From positions 8,432,001 through 8,496,000 of the forward strand of contig JANJGN010000035.1 of the NCBI GenBank assembly GCA_026770705.1: a stretch of 64,000 nt of DNA, given 5' to 3'. A program made the position numbers and the translations under genes. Below the pieces are notes generated by a model. The model did not search any database and was not told the origin of the DNA. It saw nothing but the letters and a program-made list of their open reading frames with translations. This document shows positions 1-12,359 of the stretch, in pieces; positions within the stretch are counted from its first letter, which is position 1; every line of letters begins with the position of its first letter. Origin of the DNA: Isurus oxyrinchus (Eukaryota).

Positions 1-190
1 CCACTTGTCATCCCAAGCATGGATGCTCTCCATGTCTCTTTGCATTTGTACATGGACTGCTTCAGTAACTAAACAGTTGCTAATGAGGATGAGCATCCTG
101 AAATATTCACCGAACATCCCCTCTCCGGACATTATGATAGAATGAAAGTAGATAATTCATGATTCAACTGAAGATGGTTGTGCCGAGAAA
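1..190 (-). mobile_element. L2/Crack-like LINE RT fragment
   Basis: Reverse complement resembles the PTIFSCFINDLPSIIRSEVGMFADD region of the LINE family also seen at 17.1-18.1 kb. Confidence 0.55.
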
Positions 191-1466
191 ACTACACTAT
201 TGAAATACAATGGACTCAAAGTTTTTCAAGGGTAGATAAGAAGTAGCTTTCAGACCACAATAAGATCCACCATGCTACTTGTTCATGGGGTTGGGGACCC
301 GATAGGGCTAACTGAATCCTGCTCTTTGGTCATAGGTTCACATATTTTTGTAATGCTATTACACTTTCTGAAATTCGTAATGCAGTCTGCAGCTATGAAT
401 CAGATTGCCAATTATTTATTCGGCCAGGTAATTACAGAAACATCACTGTTTTGGATCATTTCTGAAATAAAAACTCTTCATGCAAAAAAGGTAGAGTTGC
501 TTCAGAGCAGAATTAGTGTCAGTATTTGACACCAAGACATACACGTTGATATTAAACAGATAATAGTGATAGAAATATCTCTTTGGGAAAATCAGCATAG
601 ACAGGTGAAAAGGCTAGAGGAGCATATGTTAGAGAGTAGGTCCTGAGACACGTAAAGCATCATCTGCATGTATGGAGCAAATTAAAACTGAATCTGCAAT
701 AAGTAATAATAATAACAACAACAATGTATTAATCATCATTAACATGATAATTGTAATCATCATTACGTGAAATCTTTTTGCAACTAATGAAACATGTTTT
801 CAGTTGGGCAAAAATGCATTTCCAGGTTAGTTTCGGATACCTTAACTTTCAGATACGTTTCCATCCATGGGCTTCTACCTATACCTGGCAATGTCCTTTT
901 TGGCTCTGGATTGGAATGCTATAATTTAGGAAAGAGGACTCAGAATTTCCTTTCTCCTTGCACGCGTTCTTGTAACAGTGTGTCGAAAATAAGTCTGGAA
1001 ATTCAATTTCTGCGTAGATTGTCAGCTCGGGCTTTGATAGTCTTGAACCATATTAAAATAGAAAATTGTCAGTTAATGGACACATTTTACATACTTCCGT
1101 TTTAAACACATTTTAAAACTCCGAGTCACATATTAATCAGGGATATATTTATAGCCTCTGCTGATGAGATTGTAGACGATAAATGCGATAGAAATTAAGG
1201 GAGCAGTTATAGAAACTAAACACTTCAAATCATTTCGAGCCACAAAAGCATTAAAATATTACACCAAGTTTCACAAAAGAAATTACCAAGCTCAATGTTA
1301 TTAGCGGAACAGCGTGAGAAGGAAAACAGACAGATGGGAAAAGCTTCTTTCAAAGTTAGGAGACTTGCTAAGTGAGCAACGGGTATTCGAGATTTGAAAC
1401 GTTTGTCAATGGGTTCTTACATTTAAGCGAATGGGAATCGTGAAGCAAGCCTTTCAATTTGCGAAC

Positions 1467-1755
1467 ATTTATTGTTCTTATGGATCTGGGCTCCACTGGC
1501 AAGGGCAGGAATTAAAGAACATCCTATTACTGGGGGGACGGAAGAGTCAACCACACTGTTGCAAGACAAGCACTGCGTATCTCCTTCCTAAAGGATATTA
1601 GTGAAATCGGTGGTGTTGTGCGACAATTGGCAAACGTGTCATCGTCATCATCAGAATTTTATTCCAAATTTTATTGATCTGCTATTTCACCATCTACAAT
1701 GGTGCGATTCGAAACTTGACCACTAGTCCAGTGACAATAAAACTATGCCGTTTCT
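1467..1755 (-). mobile_element. tRNA-derived SINE (Deu-SINE/SacSINE1-like), inserted in a GREB1-like exon
   Basis: The minus strand starts ggcatagttttattgtcactggactag with a B-box-like gtttcgaatc, has a central cactaatatcctttaggaagga block and an L2-like tail ccttgccagtggagcccagatcc. The family name is from recall. Confidence 0.7.
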
Positions 1756-3659
1756 AACTGCCCCCTTGTGTAAGTGCTGAGAATGTGCTGCAGCATATGA
1801 AGAGAAGGAACTTTGGCTAATGCTTCATGACTTTAATCATTCGTTTCAAAATGCTCTGCCAATGATGGAGTGGACAATTGCGCTTACGTGCTGTTAACAT
1901 TGAACAGCTAACATTGCTGCCTTAGGCAGGGAGCCCGAATCTGAATAGTTGAATTAGGCGCATTGAAAAGGCAGCTGAGAGTTATTTCGAAGAGAACACT
2001 GGGATTTGGGGCGGTGTAAGTGAGGGGCGGCTTGGGGGACCTCTATGTTAAAGAAGAAAATCGCTTTTGTCTCAATATTCATTTCATTGATTAACATTGC
2101 CAGAGGAATTTAGTAGAGCTGTAATAACATGACACGTGAAATGTTGCGTCTGCAGGCACATGTCAACAATTTAAGGGCGATGCAGAACTTACAACAATAC
2201 ACCATTTTAGTGCAATGTAAAATAGAAGGTCTCACATTTTGTTTAGGTGTTCCAATGTGTATTTAACGCACCTCATAGTCGGAATAATTATTCACGTTTT
2301 CGATTAAAAGCTGCACATTAGCAGACTCCACAAATTCTCCAATTGATTGCTCAGTTTTCCCACGGTTAGAATCCGTGTTACTCGCCTGCAGTTGGAGGAT
2401 TTCAGCAGCGGAATTTCCTGACAAATTGTGAATGAGAACTGATTAAATGCAGCTCCACCAATGACAAATGGAACATGAGGATCTACCGGTTATTGCATCA
2501 AGGCTGCTTTGGAAACATTCAAACAAGACAGATTCACATTCCCAAAATTGCACTAATAATTTTCGCTGTTTTCTTTATATTCGATGTGAACAGCGCAAGT
2601 TAGCCATTGGAAATAATACATTCTTGAAAATTATAAGGAATTGCAAATGCTGGATTACGTTAGTACAGATGTTATAGTGATGTGGCTTTAGTCGCCTACA
2701 CCTGAACCCATGTGACAGAATGGAGTGGACATGTTCGGGAACATAACAGGCAATGAAGAAAATTATCTTGAGGTAAGATGAGAGTACCGATTAATCGCAT
2801 GTCTACCTGCGGAAATATTCAAATTGGGACTGGAAGATAGGATGGGTGAATGAAGAAGTGGATCATGTATATGTAGATCTGACGATGTATTTGGCAGACT
2901 GACTGTTATGCATACTCGTATCGACACTAAAGGTAAAATCATTTTGGACAGCAAACCAAAAACTGCATTAGGTTTACTGATTTGGATCTCCCAGCTGTGA
3001 AACGGCATTCAGATATAGACACGTTTTAAAGGTGTTGGTTTCATATAACCGACACATAATTCAAAAGCGTCAGTAAGTGAAACAGTAAATTCATATTTTT
3101 CCTTTACTTATTCTCTTTCCCTTACCTTCATCATTTTTTTTATATAAAACTCAAATTATGATAATTATGGATACCACTATACCCGGCAATGAGAAAAATT
3201 ATGGGGAATTATTTGGAAAAAATAAAAGGGGGAGTCAGGACTGAAAACCTCCGCAGTCACGAATATTGAGCTTAAACATGACTGGAACTGAAAAAAATAC
3301 CAGAACTGAATAGCCTGCTGATGAAACTCTGCGGGAAGGAAAATGATTTGAGATGTAGCAGCATTGAAGGACAATGGGCAGTAGCTTCCTTGGAGTGGTG
3401 ATCAACGTTGGATTGCCACTTCCTGGACTGAGCGGCGTGGATTTTCTCCTTTGTCTATCTGCCGCCAGCCAGGCAAAGGCCTTTCATGTTCCAAGTTGAA
3501 CAGTAATCAGCACATGTCGAAGTGAAGCTTCGCAGAATTAAAGAAAAAACTGTCCTTTTTTATGGCACAAAATTCTGTATACAATGTAAATTAAAGGGCT
3601 CATTGAGTAGACAAGACAGGCAGTTTACGTCACTAAGGTGAGTTGATAGGAATTGGCGA

Positions 3660-4330
3660 GAGTATGCGGGTTAAGGGGTTGTTGTGTGTTGTTCGCAAGG
3701 GGGTTTAGTGTTGGAGGCAGAAGAATGGTGTTGCTGGACACCAGGAGCAGCAGAAGTCATATAGGGGTTGGATAGCGGAGGAGCTGGTTTTGCTGGGGCG
3801 GACAGACCTCTGTGGGTTGGCGGCCGGTGGTCAAGACCTCAGAGCTATGCATGTGGCTTTGGTTCTCCGTGGTGGGGGGAGGGAGGGCTTAGAAGTTCGG
3901 TAGTGTGAGGCGGGGGCGCCTCGGCTCGGCAGCAGTCTGGGATGGGTTGAGATTGTGAGACGGATGTCAGGGGTGGGGTGCGTGTGGGGGAGTTGGTCCT
4001 GCCGAAGGGCTGTCCTCTAGATTTTTGTGCTGGGCGGGGTTGGGCGGGCGCTTTGTCGGTTCGGGCCTGCAGTCGGGGTGTTGGGGGCCGATCATGGAGT
4101 CTTTCCATGTGCCGTCTGGATTTGGAGATGTTGAATTCTGTCAGAGTATGGATAGTGGAGTCTATACATTTGGGGTGTTGAGTGATGGGCAGGAGGGGAT
4201 TGTGGGGAGGTGCAATGTCGTGCGGGCCTACTGGAGCTTTAAGGGAGGACGGGTGTCGGCCATTGTCTTTACACAGTTACCCAGATGTTATAAGAGGCTT
4301 CAATTGGTCTATGTCTATTTCTGGTTAACT
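3660..4330. mobile_element. GC-rich unclassified repeat fragment
   Basis: Abrupt G-rich composition; Pro-rich minus-strand ORF 3845-4108 with no recognisable domain. Confidence 0.35.
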
Positions 4331-5981
4331 CTTTGACTAGCATAGGCGGAAAGAACAGTCGTTTGCGATTTCAATCACATTGTCAGATTCTGTCCAGCGC
4401 AGGGTAAATGCCAAGGGGAAGTTTGTACTTCTAAGCACTAGTCCATTCCATTACATAGGAGTTTGCGAGATGTATATCTCCAGCACTTCAATGATGTAGC
4501 ACCGAAGTCCGATGTTGTGGGAGTTCGGATATTGTGGCCCAACATAACAACAATCAACGGTTTGATTATTTTTCGAGTGTGGGTATTAAGGTGGAAACTT
4601 GAATAATCTAAGATGGTATAATTAGACAAAATATTTATTCGCTGGAATTTGTACGGTTGAAAATGTGCTTTTGTCCATCTTTACAAATTATGCTGAGAAG
4701 CTGAGCAAGTGGTTAGATTGAAACAGTTTCAGTTGGGTGGAGACAGAGTTTCTCTATCTCGCCGAGATGGTCAAACTAATTGAATAGGGAATTTAGAAGT
4801 GAAGGGATACACACTTCATGCTTGCCGTAGCAGGCAAACTGACAACCCACGAAGTAGCTAAAAAGTTAAATCAGAGAATGACAGATTCTTATAAACCACA
4901 GCGATAAAACAATGTAAAGAAAGGAGCTCTGTATAATAAATCTTGTTCAATGTTCTTTCATCAACTCATTGAATGTTGGAACAGGCAAAACAGTGAAAGA
5001 AACGATGGAAAAACCATGTCCTCATATGCAGCATCCGGAAAGTTTCAAAGATGCATTGATTAAGTCTTCCGGGCAAACAGAAGAGATTCTATACGTTAAG
5101 CAAGACGTACTTTAATTAACATCAAGGATTGAGTCCGGGTTTCCTTGTTACAGTCGCTCAAAGAATGAAAAGACCAGAAGATGAGTTGGAATTTGGAGGC
5201 AAGGACCACTATGTAGGCATGTAGCAAGTAGCTCCAACTAGCACGTAACTGATTTAGTACTGACTATAGTTAGGCATCATACATGCGCTCATTAGTGCCT
5301 TCTCTACTTTCATCGGATGGCAAAAATCTCCAAAGCTCCCAGCAATCGGAAAAGGAATGGAACAGTGCGTATCCACTGGCATAGCTTCTTGCAACGTCCC
5401 TTCATTACTGCAATATCAACAGTTTCTGTAAATGGTAGAAAATTACCTGTGCTGTTGTAATGCAAATATTTATTACCGTCAATCATTATTTGAGTCATTT
5501 CAAAAGGGTGCTGACACATTAACATCCTTTATTGTAACTTACCATTTTCTTTCAATATAACTTTAAAATTGATCACTGCTTCCAACTATGTACCTTCAAA
5601 ATCTCTATATGTTTCCTTAAATAATGGGTTAATAAAGTTTATGTCAGAGGTCTGTCAGAGAAGATTGGAAACGGTTTATGGCTCACTGAGCTACCAGATC
5701 TGCTACTGATCAACAAGTGACAAATCCAGATCATCTATTGCAGAAAGCCTCTTTACAAAGGGCAGAAAAAATACAAAAAATGTGATTAAAACTCAGTATT
5801 TGCGGGAGTATCTTTGGAGAATGAAACAGAGGTAATGTGCTGAAGGAAAGTAATTGAATGACTCTTAATACAGTTTTGCTGTGAACTCCCTGATTAATGG
5901 AATGTAAGCAGACATCTCGAAAGCTAACAGCCAGTTCTTGTGATTGTCTGAACTCATTGGGGACCTAAGTGTATGCTAACA

Positions 5982-6033
5982 ACTAAGTGTTGAGCAATTC
6001 ATTCGATACTAAGTGTTGAGCAATGGATTCGAT
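5982..6033 (+). repeat. 26-bp tandem duplication
   Basis: actaagtgttgagcaattcattcgat followed by actaagtgttgagcaatggattcgat. Confidence 0.9.
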
Positions 6034-6655
6034 GGGATACTTGGAAGGAGAACAATAATTGATCCGTTGTGTTATTCTTTAGCATCTCAATTTATTAGGG
6101 GACAGACAGAAAGTCAGGGCTTTGACTGCTCTTTTCTTTCACCCAGTGACTCCGTTGGATCCAGAAGCATATTCTTAATGGGTGATTTGCCTACAACCGC
6201 TGTGATTTCATGGATAATCACTTCTTTGAATTTTCCAAGGAACCAGCACGCTGTCCTTTATTGTGTACATTCGGATTTTCACCAACATAATTTCTGTTTG
6301 GAATACATGCAAAGGCGATTTTGAAAAAAATATTAGCTAGGGAACAAAACGGGCAATGTCGATTATTCTACCAGTATTGCAACTTGAAAAATGAAATGAT
6401 TAGAAATGAAAATGGGGCGGATAGGTAATGTGCAGCTCACCACATCTTTCTAAAGTACAACCTGGAGTTGGAAATAAGTTTTGGCCCAGCCAGAGAAAAG
6501 CACATCCCATGAGCGAATTGATTTTTTTAAAATTGTGGCTCAAATATCCGTCTTTCCAATTCTGTTACTCATGCTCTATCATGCTGCATAGAGCATTACA
6601 GTAATTTGACGGTTCAAACATTCGTTACACGAGGATTGCCTCAGTAGATTTTTAC

Positions 6656-6859
6656 TTGAATCTATGGTGATAATGAACTAAATTATCTGGAATTTTAACC
6701 ACAGAGTGGCCTCTGAAAACAATAATGGTGAAAAAGGATGCAGGCAAATTCGGCCAACGACCAGAACTGCTCTCATGGAATGAAGGGAAATACATTTGTT
6801 CTGTGTCATGAATAAAGCTTAAAACCTCTAAACAGCTAACATGATTCAAAACCACTTTT
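6656..6859 (-). pseudogene. GREB1-like exon remnant, 204 bp, open frame
   Basis: Polypyrimidine acceptor ttttgtttgctagtttatag and donor aa|gtaaaa. The phase-2 join with the upstream exon (donor at 7201) gives LKLGTLSKVVL vs GREB1L LGLQYRFEIIL. Confidence 0.65.
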
Positions 6860-8324
6860 CTATAAACTAGCAAACAAAAACACACATGAATAATATACCA
6901 ATGTGTGCTGCGCGTGCATGCAATGTCCAATTCCACATTGTCATGCCAGGCAGGCGCATGATAAGAAGACGCACAATATTGGGCAGACAAAATGTCGGAC
7001 CACGCATAGGTTCGTACTCACGAGGTGAATATATAGATGAACGGTACACGAGCGAAATATGCACACGCATATAATTTCAAGGCATGTAATGCACAGGCGC
7101 ACGAATTGCAGTGCCAAAAATTAGCAACAGAAATAAAGCTACATGAATGTGTGCTCTAACACAAAGGGAATTCCTTTCAGTAATGTTGCAGTTTTCGTTA
7201 CGATAAGGTACCCAATTTTAACAGGCATTTTAGAGCGTTAAATCTGGTTTTGATTTTTGGCACAAGGCAATGGTTATTTTGAATTTGCATAACACATACA
7301 TGTCATAGATTATTCATTCGTGTTTATTTTCAGTCTGAAACCCTAGCTGCCCGTCTCTTTGCAATAAGAATTTCGTTATAATCTATAAGTTTCTCTCCCA
7401 AACTTCTTTTTCTCTTCGTCTGCGAATAAATACAGTCATATTTTACCGATTCACATCATAGTTGCAACCACCACGTTGTTAGTTCACTCCTTTAAATGTG
7501 TCCCTCGAATTTTTCATGATTCCACAATTATGTTCCAAGACAAAGAACCTTGCGTATGGTGGGGTTTCCCCTGAATAATCGCTTTCCAAGCATTCATTCA
7601 AAAGTAATTATCGATTGAAAATTATTTACGTTGTTTTCTTTGGAAATATCTTCATGGCGTTGGTCCTTCAAATTAAACACGCTAATTTATTTTAGCAAAT
7701 ATTTCGTGGAATTACTTGCTTTTCGTGATGCTATGGAATATGCAATGCGTGCAAAAAGAATGATACCTGAGGCTTTTAGGACCAAAATAAATCTGCGATT
7801 GCGGCTGTATATTGAGACCTAGCATTTGAAATCGTTTTGAAATATGATCATTTCTTATTTTCTGAATGCTACCACAAATGCTTGGAAAATATATTTTGAA
7901 ACAATGATTCCAGAAACCACCTGTGCAATTTTTTTCTGAGAAGAACTACAGTGTTGTGCTTAAACCTTCACTTCACTATAAATAATATGTGTTGTTAGGA
8001 ATATTTGACCGCAAAATGGGATCTCCAAAATTGAATGCAACCGCATTATCATGTTATTGTCTTCAATTTTTGCCCATATTTAGTATGGTCTATATGTGCA
8101 CAGAGAAGTTGTGCTGTTCCCCAGCAGCTACAAATTGGAGGAGGTAAAATTTCCGGTATTTCACCAGAGGGAAAAAAAATCGAATCACTTTGCTATCGCT
8201 CTTTGCAAATTAGTCGTCAATCCACGTTTGTGCAAATGAACATAAATTGTTGAAAACATTTCGAAGCATGCATGGACGGGAATCATACAAAATTATTAAC
8301 TATGTCAGTCGTCATGATGAGCAC

Positions 8325-8490
8325 AGCAGATGTTGGAAATCTGAAACAAAAACTAAATACTGGAAAAACACAGCGGAGTTTCGTCTTAGGTCTGAAAAAG
8401 TGGCATACAGATTCGAAACTTAGCTCTCTGATTCTCTACACAGATGCTCTTAGTGCTGCGGAGTTTTTCCAAAAAATTTGTGTTCATATT
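8325..8490. mobile_element. Penelope-type terminal (pLTR) fragment in inverted arrangement, with a decayed hammerhead motif
   Basis: gcagatgttggaaatctgaaacaaaaactaaatactggaaaaacacagc is an antisense copy of the element end; it is followed by the sense copy ctgaaaaag..cgaaac..cagatgct..gagtttttcc, matching 44608-44702. Confidence 0.6.
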
Positions 8491-9539
8491 TATGTTATCT
8501 ATTAAGATAACTGAAAGCACTCTGACTGATAAGGCGACGAAATTGCTCTCTAAAGGAAAGAAACATCTTTGTGATTATTCAGCTATGCTATCTATCAGTT
8601 ACTTTATAACTATGAAATTGAAAAATAAACGGCGCCAATGCATTGTAAAGTAGGTTAGAGAAAATCTATTTTGCTGTGTTATTGGCAGCCTTTCCACTTG
8701 TGAAGCAAGGCTGGAAATAAATGTACAGTTGATCGAGGGAGAAATTAATCCACAAAATTACAGTTGGATATCGGCTATAAGTTGTCAGAAAAGGAACATG
8801 ACTTTGGAGTTCAAGAAAAATAAACAGGTGACATTATAACAAGTATGACAGACGGAGTTGAAAATTGGGAAGCCAAGTAAACTATGGGATGAAATGATCA
8901 GAGTTGAAAAGTCTAAATTCTGGACAGTGATATATGTTTACTCGGTTACAGACAGCAGTCAGTACTGAGACTGCAAGATCTCACAGTACATCCGATGAAA
9001 TTTAGAATGTAAGAATTATTTAGGGAAATTGAGGTTCCTAAAAAGAATCTAGAAGATGGAAAGAGAGAAAATAGAAATGGCTCACCTATTTTGCCAAGAA
9101 GCAGATTCCAGAATTCATCAACCAAAAATATGTGAGTTACGGGACAAATAAGAATAGTAGGGCATTGTTGCCAGAGAACTAGAAGGACTTGAAAACGGCT
9201 TAACTATTTTTTTTTCCAGCAGCCTTATATGGAAGTTTATTTAAAATACTGGAGTTTAAAATATTTTCTTTGCTACAATGGTTTTATCTTTCTTTTTTTA
9301 TGTCATCGAAGAATGTATACATGTTCTTGCCAATGAAATACTTTAAATCCTGTCTTCCTGCAAATCTTTTTAATTAATTTCCCAATCCACTGCAGTAAAA
9401 GGTTCCCTCATCTATTAATTTTTTCAGTTGTTCAGATATAGGAATGAAATATAGCACTTTAAAACTTAATGTACAAACCTATCAAGACATTGTCACGTTT
9501 TCCTGAATATTCATTTATAGCTAGGTTATAATGCATTCA

Positions 9540-10140
9540 TTACATTATATTAAATATAACATAACATCATGACATAAATGGATAAATGGTTCATAAGACG
9601 ACAGGTTCAGAAGCCCAACATATAGTAATTTCAAGAAATCGTTATGAACAGCATACCTGCTATGTTGTTTTGTCCGTTCGATAGACAAACTGACCACGCC
9701 CCTTATTAATCTATTTCCCATGTTGCCCGAAGCCCTAATGTCCTTACTGATATTGATACCAACGTAACCGATTAATTTAGTTGGGCTATAAGCAACTCGC
9801 AGAAATCTTTGCCCCCTCCTGTTGTTTCCCATCTCTATCAAGTGTAGTACCTGCACTTTGACCATTGGATCTCAGATGCTCCCTTAGAAAAGTACTGATA
9901 TTTTCCCTTCTTCACAGTGTTAACTGCCCCATAACGGATCACCCCGATAACCAACATTTTTTTTTTAAAGTCCGTCCTGATATGCCATTGTTCTTGAAGC
10001 TTTGGCTCACAGTATTGGGCATGCTGTAGCAAGGTCTCCTTAAAAATCATTAAATTATAGCCAATGACGTCCATTTTGGCCTTCAAAACAGCTACCGTGC
10101 TACGGAGGCTGGCTGCATTGAAATAGAGTGCGCTTAAGTT
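9540..10140 (-). mobile_element. CR1 LINE ORF2 APE endonuclease fragment
   Basis: LSALYFNAASLRS..YNLMIFKETLLQ and EMGNNRRGQRFLRVAYSP match CR1 EN motifs (YFNARS, ETW, GVVYRPP). Confidence 0.75.
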
Positions 10141-10459
10141 TATCTATTTAACATTCTTCAACATTCCAATCGTATCTGAAGCTCTGTCCTTGCATTGTCT
10201 GCTTTCTAATTTTGCGTAAACACTTTTCTACTTCGTGTTTGGAGTTTGGCTTCATTTAGAATAAGTTCCCTTGCAGATAGCCATCAACCTGCCAAACCAA
10301 TTGGAATCCTCCCCAAGAACAAAGGCAAATCTCTTTCCGAGGATATTAGACCCGGTCCTGCTACTGTGCTATCCATCCATTTGTCCATGTCCTACCTGCC
10401 TCACAACTGGTGCAATGCCTTCAAAAATCTGCTTCAAAAGCAAAACACTGTGGTTACTC

Positions 10460-10572
10460 GAAAACTGAAACAAAAACAGATGTTGCCAGAATATAAATAG
10501 CAGACCTGAGTGCATCTGGGGAGAGAGAAGACGAGTTGACATTCCGATGCAATATGACCCTTCTTCAGAGCT
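10460..10572 (-). mobile_element. Penelope 3' terminal fragment with hammerhead-like core
   Basis: Reverse complement ctgaagaagggtcatattgcatcggaatgtcaactc..cagatgc..tgtttttgtttcag is homologous to 44608-44702. Confidence 0.65.
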
Positions 10573-12073
10573 TATAAATCTCATGCCCCCCGCCTAAACC
10601 AATTCTGCCGCCACGTATGCAATTGTTCTCCCCTTCTATCCCTTTGCTCACTGGCGCATGGCAGTTAGAGTAATTCAGAGAATATATATTTGCAGCCAAT
10701 GCCCTTGAATTTGTTTTCTAACTCGCAAGCAGATCAGATTCCAGGAAGAACCGGAAGCTTTTTGAACTCCTGGAGCCAATCTCTCTCCTTTTCCGCTCCA
10801 GTTTCTATGTTCTTCCATCTTTTGGACTTTGCCCTATAACCTCAATGATGCTGTGTCTCAGCTATAATCCCTGTCGTCTATCCAAACTATTGACAGGTGG
10901 TATAAATTTGAATCTCGTTCTTTATAACAATTCCGTGTTGTCGTTCATGCTTTTAATGACTAGTTGTAAATTGACTGCAGCAAGTAGTTCAGGAGCAAAA
11001 ACGTTTCAGTTTTTTGGATTAAGTTTATGATTAGCATTGGTGATGTGAACATATGCATAGACGTGATCAATTAACATTGAACTGTATACCATAAATTTAC
11101 CCGCGGAATTTATCAGCCTGTTGCTGAATAGCAGCGATCGTGAAGAAAGACAGCTACAAAAATTTAAAGAGGTCGTGACCTTGCTCCAAGTATATGAGTT
11201 GCACTGTTTGCTAGTTTGACTATTCTTTAGTGTGTACATATCACAAGCATGCATGAATACCAACCACAGCCAATATGACCTGACATCCTTGCTGAGGGCT
11301 TTGAAAGTGGGTGTAGGTTGGGGTAGGGAAGGCACCTTAAAATGGTATTTGGAGAAGGTCATTAAGCCAGTAACAGATTGATGTTAAGAGGCCCGGTGGC
11401 AAGGCAAATGAACAGTTGCGTGGTTGTTACAACCATGGCATTGAAGACAACTAAAGTCGGGTCTGACAAGTGTTCAGCTGCTCTCTAACAGCTCCGCGAG
11501 CTCTGCGCCTATCTTTTGGACTTATTACTATTAATCACAAGGTTGCTGAATTATTTGACACTTGTTTGCCAATTAGCTCGTTCTAATTATCAGAGCTATT
11601 AACAAGGACTTGATATATTTGATTATAATGGCGATCATATTTGGCATTTGTTTTTATGTTTGTTGCATTCAGCAACAGAAAGGTCCAGCGAGGTGCCAAT
11701 AGAAGCTTAAGGCACCACGGTCACACCAAGTTGCAAAATTGAACAAACAAAATGAGCTGCCGGAAATTGATTGTTGCATCATCTTTCTACCATCTGGCTA
11801 CTAAAATTTGTGGGCAAAGCCATGGTGTTGAGATGGATTAGAAGTGTTTTTTTTTTCTTAGAGCAAGGAGAAATGTTCTGCAGCAATAGCCAGTACATAT
11901 GCCGCAGGGAGCCACACACTGAGGAGTGCATAAAACAGGAATCGCAAGGCAGTTCACAGAGGAGACCGCAGACAGGCCCCTGATTGGGTAAGATGATACC
12001 CTGTAGAAGGGGTAAATGTAAAGTGCATCAACTATCTCCTAATGTTGACGCAACAATGTTGCTGATTTATCAC

Positions 12074-12359
12074 CTGCCTGCCAATAGATTTTTAAGGTCT
12101 TTTGGCCATGATGATGGACTAGTCCTCTTATGCCAGTAACAGTAAAACTCATTTTGCCCCGTCTTCATGTACATCTGATGCATTTCACGGCCCAAGTATA
12201 TACATGCAGGGTACCACAATTCAACAGCATACAATTGAAACATTGGCTGACGGATGTGGTCTTCAGTTGGGTCACGCAATGTGTTCATTAAGAAACATAT
12301 CCGTAAAGCACTCTGAGCAAAACGTACTGGTTCCATTGCTGTATTCCTGGAGGTACAAG
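12074..12359 (-). pseudogene. GREB1-like exon remnant, 286 bp, fully open frame
   Basis: Acceptor catctgtcacag and donor ag|gtgata. Frame CTSRNTAMEPVRFAQSALRICFLMNTLRDPTEDHIRQPMFQLYAVELWYPACIYLGREMHQMYMKTG aligns by motif spacing with GREB1 [55 protein letters not shown]. Confidence 0.65.

Noticed and set aside
1700-1755. tRNA gene
   Set aside because: The A/B-box-like sequence is the head of a SINE and gives no complete cloverleaf.
6890-7115. Recurrent cgca/gcac motifs suggesting a repeat array
   Set aside because: No constant unit or spacer structure; at most a decayed minisatellite. Not CRISPR-like.
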